From the human T2T-CHM13v2.0 reference genome, Homo sapiens, in assembly GCF_009914755.1 (NCBI RefSeq), contig NC_060928.1: a DNA stretch of 64,000 nucleotides, one strand, 5' to 3'. Numbering within the stretch: the first letter of the stretch is position 1; each line of letters opens with the position of its first letter. This document shows positions 26,589 through 37,240 of the stretch, one piece after another. The translations under genes and the position numbers were made by a program. Under the pieces are notes generated by a model, which saw only the letters and a program-made list of their open reading frames with translations, was not told the origin of the DNA and did no database searches.

Positions 26589-27492
26589 AGAGATACAACA
26601 ATAGATGCATTGAAATGGAAGTTAAGACTGCTACCTTGTCACTTTGGGCTCTTGAACCAACAAAGAAGTCACTTATTGTGCTGGCTGGAGGGATTGATCC
26701 TAACTACCCAGGAGAAATTGGACTACTTCCTTGTTATGGAGGTAAGTTAGAGGATGTCTGGGATACAGAAGGTCCCTGAATGTGTTTATAACCCTGCTCT
26801 GTGATTAGGGTAAATGCAAAACAACAACAAGCCAATCCAGGCAAAACTACTAATGGCTCAAACACTTCAGGAATAAAGCTTTGGATGACCCCGCCAGGTA
26901 AAAAAAAAAAAAATACCATGACTAGCTGAGGTGCTACTGAAGGCAAAAGGAATATAGAATGAGTAGTGGAAGAAGATAGATACAAATGCTAGCTAGGGAC
27001 ACATGACCAATTGTAGAAACAAGGACTGTGACTGTCATGAGTATTTTTTCTCATTTTGTTATGAATACGTTTGTGTACGTATATAAATATATGTATATGT
27101 AAATTTCAGTATATAAGCAAGTATATCTGTTTTCTTTCCTCTCTTATTTCCTTATTATGTAACATAAAATGTGTTGACTTTATATACGGTATTTAAGTAT
27201 TGTTAATTTACATCATAGCACCTCAGCTGGACATTCTTAATCTGGTGGGGTTATTCAAACTTTCATTCTAAGCTACTAATAGTAGTTAAGTTACAAAATG
27301 TCAAGGAGAAAAATAAACATTACTCAAGGCTTTGCCTCCTCTCCTGTGGGAGGTGTTAGTGCATTTTTAACTGTAGGCAGGGTAATTGTATAGTTGTATA
27401 AGTGGAATTATACTCTTGTTGTTGTCTTTATTTGTAAAGTAAATATGACTTAAGGAGACATATATGAGTGTCAAATTGACAAGGAGTGGGCT

Positions 27493-28391
27493 CGTGATGT
27501 TTAATTTTATATGTCAACGTGACTGAGCCACAGGGTGTCCAGATATTTGGTAAAATATTATTTTGCCATGTGTCTGTAAGATAGCCCTGCCCTGCCCTGC
27601 CCTGCGCTATCCTCCCCTCCCCTCCCCTCTCCTCCCTTCCCGCCCCTCCCCTCCCCTCTCCCTTCCCCTCTCCCTTCCCCTCTCCTTCCCTTCCTTTCCT
27701 TTTTTCAAACAGGGTCTTGTGCTGTTGCCTAGGCTGCAATGACATGGTCATAGCTCACTGCAGCCTTGACCTCCCAGACTCAAGTGATCCTCCCACTGCA
27801 GCCACCCAGGTAGCTGGGACACAATGCCTGGCTAATTTATTTCTATTTTTTATTTTTATTTTTTTCTGTAGAGATAAGATCTCACTATGTTGCTCAGACT
27901 GGTTTCCAACTCCTGAGCTCAAGTGATAACTCCTGCTTCAGCCTCCCAAAGTGCTAGGATTATAGTCATGAGCCACTGTGCCCTGCTGTAAGAGAGTTTC
28001 TGAATGAAATGAACATTTGCATCAGTAGACTGAGTAAAGCAGATTTCCTTTCCCAATGTGGGTGGGCTAGAATAAAATAAAAATGCTGAGTAAAAAAGAA
28101 TTCTCTCAGCCTGACTGCCTTCTTCTCCTGCTTCTTTCTCCTTCTCTTGCCTTCAGACTTAAAGGCAGACTGAAACTCATGCCTTTGGCTTTGCTGGTTC
28201 TCAGGCCTTTGGACTCAGGCTGGAACTATACCATTGCCTCTCCTGATCTTTAGCCTATTTACTGCAGATTTGGGATTTCCCAGCTTCCATAAATGTGCGA
28301 GCCAATTCCTTATAACAATATCTCTATCTTTCACCATATATGTGTGTGTATTTATATATATGTATATATTTCTCTATAAAATCCTAATACA
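27493..28391 (+). mobile_element. MLT2 (C/D-like) 3' LTR of the ERVL provirus
   Basis: GTGATGTTTAATTTTATATGTCAAC...CCAGATATTTGG start; ends CTAATACA. Confidence 0.9.
27585..27985 (-). mobile_element. AluJ with tail converted to (CCCTG)n/(CCCCT)n
   Basis: Alu body at 27700-27985; TSD CTGTAAGATAG (27574-27584) / CTGTAAGAGAG (27986-27996) encloses the pyrimidine tract. Confidence 0.9.
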
Positions 28392-31300
28392 ACTTAACAT
28401 TCCTTAGTGTTTTTCGTAGGGCAATTTTTAATTTAATGAAATTAGCTAGTTAATTATTTATTTCATGGATCAAGACTTTGAAATTGTATCTAAAAAAAAT
28501 TGCCACACCCATGAGATCATCTAGATTTTCGTCTGTGTTCTCTTCCAGGAGTTTTATAGCTTTGCATTTTGCATTTAGGCCTGTAAGCAATTTAAGATGA
28601 ATTTTTGTGAAGATTTAAAGGTCTGTGTCTTTTTTATTTTTTTGCGTTTGGAGGTCCTGTTTCTCCAGCATCATTTCTTGAAAAGATTATCTTTTCTCCA
28701 TTATATTGCCTTTACTCTTTTGTAAAAGATCTGTTGATATTTATATAAGTCTGTTTCTGGGTTCTGTATTCTGTTCAATTGATCTAGTTGTCAATTTTTC
28801 TCCCAACAGCACATTGTCTTTATTACTGTAGCTTTATAGTAAATCTTGAAGTTGGGTAGTATCAATTCTCTAATTTTGTTCTTATGCTTTAATATTGTGT
28901 TGGCTACTCTGTACTTTTTTCTGTCTGCATAAACTTCAGAATCAGTTTACAATATCCGCGAAATAACTTGCTGGGATTCTGACTGAGATTGTGTTGAATC
29001 TAAAGACCAAGTTTGGAAGAAGTGACATCTTGACAATACTGTTTCTTATTCATGAACGTGGAATATCTCTTCATTTATTTACTTTTCTTTGACTTCTTTC
29101 ATCAGAATTTTGTAATTTTCCTCATACCAATCTTGTACATATTTTGTTAGACTTCTATCTACATATTTCATTTTTTGGATTGCTAATGTAAATTGTATTG
29201 TGTGTTTAATTTCAAATTCTAATTGTTCATTATTGATATGGAGGAAAGCATTGGCTTTTGTAAATTAAACTCGTTGCCTACAACTTTGTTATAATCACTT
29301 GTTAGTTCCCTGAGTACTTTTTGCCAATTCTACTAAATTTTCTACATAGATAAGGTCATCTGCAAACAAAGAGTTTTTATTTCTTCCTTCACAATCTGTG
29401 TATCTTTTTATTTTTTTCTTGTTTTATTATATTGGCAAGAACTTCCAGTATAATGTTGAAGAGGAGTGGTCAGAGTTGATATCTTTGCCTTGTTCTTGTC
29501 TTAGCTGGAAAACTTATAATTACTTACCATTGAGTATGATGTTAGCTGTAGGTTTTTTGTAGATGTTCATTTTCAAGTTGAAAAAGTTCACCTTCTGTTC
29601 CTAGTTTGCTGAGTTTTCATCATGAGTGGGTGTTGGATTTTTTTCAAATGTTTTTTCTGCATCTATTAATATAATCATGTAATTGTTCTTCTTTAGTCTA
29701 TTGATGTGATAGATTATATTGATTTTTGAATTTAGAATCAGCCTTACATATCTGGGATAAATGTCACTTGGTCATAATGTATAATGGTTTTTATACATTG
29801 TTGAATTAGATTGCCTAATATTTTATTGAAAATTTTTATGTCAATTCTCATGAAAGATATTGATCTGTTGTTTTACTTTCTTATAAGGTTTTGAATTAGG
29901 GTAATACTGAACTAATAGGATGAGTTAGAAAGTAGTCCCTCTGCTTCTGTCTTCTGGAAGACATTGTAGAGAAAATTGTATATCTTTCTTAAAATTTTGA
30001 TATATAATTCACCAGTGAACTCATCTGGTTCTGGTGTTTCTTGTTTGAAAATTTATTAATTATTAATTCAAATTCCATAATCAATATAGGCCTATTAATC
30101 TCATTTATTTCTTTTTATGTGAGTTTTGGCAGATTGTGGCTTTCAATAAATTGGTCCATTCAATTTAGATTATCAAATTTGTGAACATAATGTTGTTCAT
30201 AATTTTTTTATTATACGTTTAATGTCTATGACATCTGTAGTGGTGTCATATATTTCATTTCTGATATTAGTAATTTTTCTCCTTCATTGTTTTTCCTAGC
30301 CTGGATAGAGACTTATCAGTTTTATTGAGTTTTTCTAATAACTAGTTTTAGGTTTTATTTCTTTTGTCTATTGATTTTATGCCTTTATTTCCACTGATTT
30401 TTACTTTGAGTTTTTTTTTTTTTCTTTTCTTTTCTTCTGCTTACTTTGGGTTTAAATTGCTGTTCTTTTTCTAGTTTCCTAAGAAGGAAGCTTTGATTAT
30501 TGATATTTTGTCTTTCTTCTTTTGTATTATATGCATTCAGTGCTGTAAATTTCCCTGTAAGCACTGCTTTCACTGTATTCCACAGATTTGGGTATGTTAT
30601 ATTTTCATTTTAATTTTGTTTAAAATATTTTTAAATTTGTAAAAATATTTCTTCATTGATTCCTATGTCATTTAGAAGTATGTTGTTTAATCTCCAAGGG
30701 TTTTTGGTATTTTTTAGTTTTCTTTCTGTTATTGGATTGCAGCTTAATTCCACCATGGTCTGAGAGCAGACATTGCATAATTTATATTCTTTAAATTTGG
30801 TTAAGATGTATATTATAGCCCAGAATGTGGTCTGTCTTGTGAATATTCCATATGAGTTTGAGAAGAATGCGTATTCTTCTGTTTTTGCTTGAAGTAGTCT
30901 ACACATGGCAATTATATCCAGTTAATGGATGATGCTGTTGAGTTCAGTTATGTCCTTAGCAATTGACTGCCTGTTGGATCTGTCTATTTCAGATAGAGGA
31001 GTACTGAAGTCTCTACCTATATAGTGGATTTATTTTATTTTTACTTGCATTTCTATCAGTTTTTGCCTCATGTATTTTGATACTCTGTTTTTATGGACAT
31101 ACCCATTAAGAATTGTAACATCTTCTTAGAGAATCAACCTATCATTAAGTAACACACGTCTTTATATCCAAAACCTTCTATTGCTCTGAAGTTTGCTCTA
31201 TCTGAAATTAATATACTCACACTTGTTTTTAATTTTGATTAGCATTAGCATGATATATATTTCTCCATCTCTTTATCTTTAACCTATATGATATCTTTAT

Positions 31301-34300
31301 ATTTAAACTGGTTTTCTACTAAGCAACATAGAGTTGGGTCTATATGATTTTTGATACACTCTGAAAATCTGTGTTTTTATTGGTGTATTTAGACCATTCA
31401 TCTTTAAAGTGATTATTGATATAGATAGATGTATTAGTTCATTCTCACACGGCTATAAAGAACTTCCTGAAACTGTATTATTTATAAAGGAAAGAGGTTT
31501 AACCAACTCACAGTTAAGCATGGCTGGAGAAGCCTCAGGAAATTTACAATCATGGTGGAAGGCAAAGGAGAAACACAAACCTTCTTCAAATGGCAGCAGG
31601 AGAGAGAAGAGTAAAGAATGGAGGGGGAAGAGCCCTTTATAAAACCATAAGATCTTGTGAGAACTGACTCACTATCACAAGAACAGCAGTGGGAAAACTA
31701 CCCCCATGATCCAATTACCTACACCTGGTCTCTCCCTTGATGTGTGCAGATTATGGGGATTATAATACAAAATGAGATTTGGGTGGGGACATAAATCCTA
31801 ACCAAATCATTCTGTCCCTAGCTCTTCCTAAATTACGTGTCCCTTTCACATTTCAAAACCAATTATGCCTTCCCAACTGTCCCCCAAAGTCTTAATTCAT
31901 TTAATAATTAACCCAAAATTTAAGTCCAAAGTCTCATCTGAGATGAAGCAAGTCCCTTCTGCCCAGGAGCCTGTAAAATCAAAAGCAAGTTAATTACTTC
32001 CAAGATAGAATGGGTTGCAGGCATTGGGTAAATGTTTCCATTCTAAAAGAGAGAAATTAGCAAAACAAAGGGGCCAAGGGTCCCATGCAAGTCTGAAATC
32101 CAGCTGGGCAGTCATAAATCTTAAAGTTCCAAAATGGTCTCCTTTGACTGACTCCATGTCTCACATCCAGGTCATGCTTCTGTAAGAGATGGGCTCCCAT
32201 GACCTTGAGCAGCTCCACTCCTGTGGCTTTGCAGAGTACAGACACCCTCCTGGCTGCTTTCATGGGCCGGCATTGAGTGTCTGCAGCTTTTCCAGGTGCA
32301 CAATGCAAGCTGTTGGTGAATCTACCATTCTGGGGTCTGGAAAATGGTGGCAGTCCTCTTTTCACACCTCCACTAGGCAGTGCCCCAGTGGGGACTCTGT
32401 GTGGGGGCTCCAACCCCACATTTTCCTTCTGTAGTGTCCTAGCAGAGGTTTTCAATGAGGGCTGTACTCCCCCAGCAAGCTTCTCTCTGGACATCCAGGC
32501 ATTTCCATACATCCTCTGAAATCTAGGTGGAGGTTTCCCAAAGCTCAATTTTTGACTTCCGTGCACATGCAGGCCCAATACCATGTGTAAGCCACCAAGG
32601 CTTTGGGCTTGCACCCTCTGAAGCAATGGCCTGAGCTGTAAATTAGCCCCCTTTAGCCTTGGCTGGGATGCAGGGCACCAAGTACCCAGACTGCACAAAG
32701 CAGCGATGTCCTGAGTCCAGCACACAAAACCATTTTTCCTCCTAGGCCTCCAGGCCTGTGATGGGAAGGACTGCCATGAAGAAGACTTCTGACATGCTCT
32801 GGAGACATTTTTGCCATTGTCTTGGCAATTAACATTGAGCTTCTCATACTTATGCAAATTTCTGCAGCAGGCTTGAATTTCTTCCCAGGAAATAGATTTT
32901 TCTTTTCTATCACATTGTCAGGCTGCAAGTTTTCCAAACTTTAATGCTCTGCTTCCCTTTTAAGCATAAGTTCCAATTTCAGATTATCTCCCTCAAGTTC
33001 AAAGTTCCACAGATCTCTAGGGTAGGGGCAAATGGCTGCCAGTCTCTTTGCTAAAGCACAGCTAAAGTGAATTTGCTCCAATTCCCAGTAAGTTCGTCAC
33101 CTCCATCTGAGATCACCTCAGCCTGGACTTCATTGTCCACATCACTATCAGCATTTTGGTCAAAAACATTCAACATGTCTCTAGGAAGTTCCAAACTTTC
33201 CCACATCTTGCTGTCTTCTTCTGAGCCCTTCAAACTGTTCCAACTTCTGCCTGTTCCCCAGTTCCAAAGTTGTTTCCACATTTTGGGGTATCTTTATAGT
33301 GGTACCCCACTCTCTGTGGTACCAATTTACTATTTTATTCTGTTCTCACACTGCTACAAATAACTTCTTGAGACTGGGTAAATTATAAAGGAAAGAGGTT
33401 TAATTGACTCACAGTTTAGCATGGCTAGGTAGGTCTCAGGAAACTTACAATCATGGTGGAAGGCACCTCTTCATGGGGTGGCAGGAGAGAGAATGCTGAG
33501 CAAAAGGGGAAGCCCCTTATTAAACCATCGGCTCTTGTGAGAACTCACTGTCTATTATGAGAACTGCATGGGGGAAACTGTCCCTTTGAACCAATTTCCT
33601 CCACCTGGTCTTTCCCTTGATATATGGGTATTACAGGGATTATAATTCAAGATGAGCTTTGGGTGGGAACATAGAACTTAACCTTATTAATGGACTAATA
33701 TCTACCATATTTGTTACTGTTTTTTATTTGTTGTCCTTTTTATTTGTTCTATTGTGTGTTGTACTCTTTTATTGCCTTTTTTTGCTTTAGCGAGCATTTT
33801 ATGTGATTCCACTTTCTCCCCTTTTTAGCTTATCAATTAAGCCTCATTTCTTACTTTTTAAAAGGTTGTCCTAGAGTTTCCAATATACCTTTACAAATCA
33901 TCCAAGTCTGCTTTCAAATAATTCTATCTCTTCATGGGTATAGCAAGTCCCTTATAAAAACAAAATAATCCTCATTCCCCTGTCATAGCTGTTATTTTTT
34001 TCATTTATACATAAACATATATGTATATATATTATATACCTAAGCATACATAGTCAAACATTGTTTCTATAATTATTTTGAACGATTATCTGCTACATAA
34101 GAAGGATAAAAATAAAAATTTTAATTTTTTTTTTTTACTTATTTTTCTCTGGTGATTTCCCTTTCTTTATGTAGTCTGAGTTTCTGCACTATGTAATTTT
34201 CCTTCTCTCTGATACTTTTTAAAAATATTTCTTGCAAGACAGGTCTACAAGTAACAATTTCTCTCTCTTTTTGTTTGCCTGAGAAACTACTTTTTTTTCC

Positions 34301-34870
34301 TTCACTTTTGAAGGATAATTTCATAGTGTCCAAATTCTAGGTTGGTGGTTGTTTTTCTCTTAACCCCTGAAATATTTTGCTTCCGCTCTCTTCTTGCTAG
34401 CATTGTTTCTTATAAAAAGCCAGTTATATTTCTTATTTTTGTTTCCATATAAATAAGTTTTTTCTTCTGGTTTCTTTCAAGATTTTTTTCTGCAGTTTCA
34501 TTTATGTATATTTTTATTACTTTGTTTGTTTTTTCATTTATGCTGCTTTGTGTTCTCTGAGCTTCCTGGACTGTAACATGGTGTGATATTGATTGCCTTT
34601 GGCAATTTGTCCATTATAGTTTTTCTGTCTTAGCCTTGATTTTTGTGATTTCTGGTCTGGTTCCTGTGAACATTTCTGCTCTTGTAAATTGTGATTTTCT
34701 TTATTTGCCTGTCTGTTTCTCCAGTTTAAGGGGGCAGTGGTTTACACTGTGACCTTATTTCTCTAACAAATCTAAGAACAGTTGTTGATTCTTTATTTTG
34801 TTTAGAATTTTACTTGTGTTAGGACAGACTGATTACTTCTAAACTCCTTATATGTCAGACTGGACACACT
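28392..34870 (-). mobile_element. Old L1 (L1MC-like) ORF2/ORF1 remnant, likely the body of the element ending at 19740; interrupted by THE1
   Basis: Minus-strand ORF2 fragments (KAVLTGKFTALNAY..., RKLEKEQQFKPKVSRRKE) and ORF1 C-terminus (KLSFKSEGK...RPVLQEI). Confidence 0.85.
31430..33689 (-). mobile_element. Complete THE1 (THE1C/D-like) MaLR element: LTR-internal-LTR
   Basis: LTRs at 31430-31809 and 33331-33689; ~1.5 kb internal region with MWKQLWNWGTGRSWNSLKGSEEDSKMWESLELP; GTAAATTGGTACC after the 5' LTR; near-TSD ATAGA/ATGGA. Confidence 0.94.
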
Positions 34871-35369
34871 TTTTTTTTAAATCTTTTCCCAGTAGATTAT
34901 TATTTATTTTGGCCCCATTTACTTCAAGAATTAGTCAACATAACATTTCCTGGTTTCAGATTATTTTCAATAACATGTTTCTGATTAATTATAAATGTCT
35001 GAATCAGTTACTTGCTTCATCTTATTTGTTAATAGAAAAAAATGTCATACAAGTGATAATGTTGGGAATGGTAATGCATTTGATATTATCAAGTTCATAG
35101 TCTTTCTATAAGATTCGATTTTTAGATATTTTGAAGTCCATAAATATATTTAATAATATCTGATTATGTTTATAATTTACATTTAGCAATTATTATAAGC
35201 AATAAAAACACACTAAAAATTGTCAGAACTGATAAAACAGAATGGTGAATGGCATCTAAATGGGACTTTGGTTGGGTAGTACTATCAATTGTTGCTATAA
35301 TTAGATAAATTTATGAAGCATAAATTTAAAGAATAGGACTTCCATTTAATATTCGAGTATACTGAAATT

Positions 35370-36180
35370 CTTCAGATAAAAAGCACCTTAAAATGCTGGG
35401 TAAAATACAACAATCAGTCTTTTAAAGTAATTTGTGCTTGTAAGAAAATAAATTTCCTTGTGCTCTAAATTAAAAAGACTGAAAACCAGGGAGTTTAGTG
35501 TGTGCACTAAATGTTTCATAAACTAAGTGGAGTTTTTACCTGAGGATTCCCAGGGATGAAACTTGACTGTTTGAAGGTGACTTAACAGTATAAAATTACC
35601 GATTTTATCTGGATTCAAGCTATTGTAAGTAAAAGTCAACAGAAACTACAAACAAAATATTTGAATATGTGAGTATTTTAAATATTAACATTAACAAGCA
35701 GAGATAGAAAATCTCACTAAAATGTTTAAAGAAGGGTAAGATAAAATTCTTCCTTGTAATTAAGAAAGATTAGACCATCAAAAATTACCAAGCAGATTTG
35801 AGAAAATAAAAATATATGTTTCAGAAATTAAAAAAATAGAAATTTGAGTTATGAACTTAATGGTTAGTATAAACCATGAATTATACATTATTAAAAGTAA
35901 TGTATACACTTAGTAATGTATGCATGTGTACATTTAGTAATGTACACATGTACATTTGGTAATGCAAGTATTTCTAAGTACACTTGAAAATTAATCAAAA
36001 AATTATCTAGTTCAAAATACAAAAATGAAGCTGAAAATATGGATGAAAAGTTAAGAAATATGGAAGACAGAATGAGAACATGTTTAATTGGAATTCTACA
36101 AGAAGCAAATAGAGAGAGGACATTTTTTAAGAAGGAAGTAAACTGATTATTTCTGAACACCTCTCAGAATTGATGAAAAA
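35370..36180 (+). mobile_element. Very old L1ME/HAL1-like ORF1 remnant
   Basis: A-rich degenerate text AAATATGGAAGACAGAATGAGAA...TTAATTGGAATTC resembles L1 ORF1. Confidence 0.5.
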
Positions 36181-36289
36181 AGAAGCCTTAACTACAGGTG
36201 ATATGATACCTGCAATATTTGCCTATAAAATTCAAAGTTCAAACTGATTGTTCCTTTTAGCTACAGATAGCATTATTCTGAAATGCTTT

Positions 36290-37240
36290 GTTTCTCATGC
36301 AGTGGCCAATACCGGTGTGACATATAGTGGGTGCTTAGCAAATGTTTGTTAACTGAATGACTAGTCTCTTCATCGTATCTCTGTCCATCATAGCCACAAA
36401 TGATATAGTAGGGCTTTATGGAGAACAATTATTATGATGTACATAAAGGTAACTTAAAATTGTAAAGTAGTATATACATACATTATTTGTAAATAGTAAT
36501 AGTAGTACTTTAGGAATAGCAAAGGCAAGAGTGCTACCCTTGTTTTAAAATAATTTTAAATTGTACTTTAATCTGAACGTAAGGCTGGGCTTGTGTGAGA
36601 TATAAAAGTCCCCACACCCACCTTATGCATGCCCAGTGGGATTATCTGATCTCATAGTGGTATCATAACACTTAGAGATTATGATTTATTAGTTTTATAT
36701 GTATTGAGCAAAGATGTCATGCACTATACTAGGCAATGGGGAGATTGCAAAAATCATGTAAGTATGGTTCTTGCCTTTGAGAACTTCCAGTACAGTAAGA
36801 GAGGTGGAGCTAATATGATGTAATTACTGAGATACCTGAAATACTTTAGTCCTGAGAGGTCTTACGCAATTCAGATTTTGTTCCTGCTACTTCTTCATAA
36901 CTTAAATTATGGTACAACCCAACTCTTCATACTTGTCACTGTCTTCTTTCCTGCCTTTTACCTTACAATACTCTTTTACGATTAAGTTTCCCACTTTGGC
37001 CAACAAGCCTTCCCAATCATCCTACCCCCCACAATGGGTTAAATATTCTCCACTCACTTTTAGAACACCCGGTTCATACTTTTCTTGATGCTCATTATAT
37101 TATGATTGTACATACATACCCATCACTAGACTGTGAGTTCTTTTAGAGTGGGGATGTTACCTTATTCATCTATTGTCCCCATCATTTAATCAAACATCCA
37201 ACACTTAGTAATAACTCAGTAAATACCTACTGAAATGAAA
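36290..37240. mobile_element. Cluster of L2/MIR relics
   Basis: L2 3'-end motifs (GTGCTTAGCAAATGTTTGTTAACTGAATGA; CACTAGACTGTGAGTTC...CTCAGTAAATACCTACTGAAATGAA) and a MIR-like tail near 36400-36500. Confidence 0.6.

Larger units (their letters stand above)
21119..27492 (+). mobile_element. ERVL (HERV-L/ERVL-B4-like) internal region: decayed gag, pro/pol (RT, RNase H, IN) and dUTPase; no env
   Basis: PBS-like GATTTTTAATACCAAGTGTGGTTCT right after the LTR. Protease-like LLDTSSEL; RT fragment KKDGSLRMAVDYCKLSQVV...YAAIDLTNALF; YIDD decayed to YIDA near 23818; dUTPase-like WKLRLLPCHFGLL; purine tract GACAAGGAGTGGG before the 3' LTR. Confidence 0.93.

Noticed and set aside
21119-27492. Possible domesticated ERVL gag/pol gene
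   Set aside because: No open frame above ~100 aa; catalytic YIDD is lost; interrupted by an LTR and an Alu.
35897-35966. GTAATGTA-led repeats with variable spacers, superficially array-like
   Set aside because: Only about 4 degenerate 16-24 bp units whose spacers resemble each other; a decayed minisatellite, not CRISPR-like.
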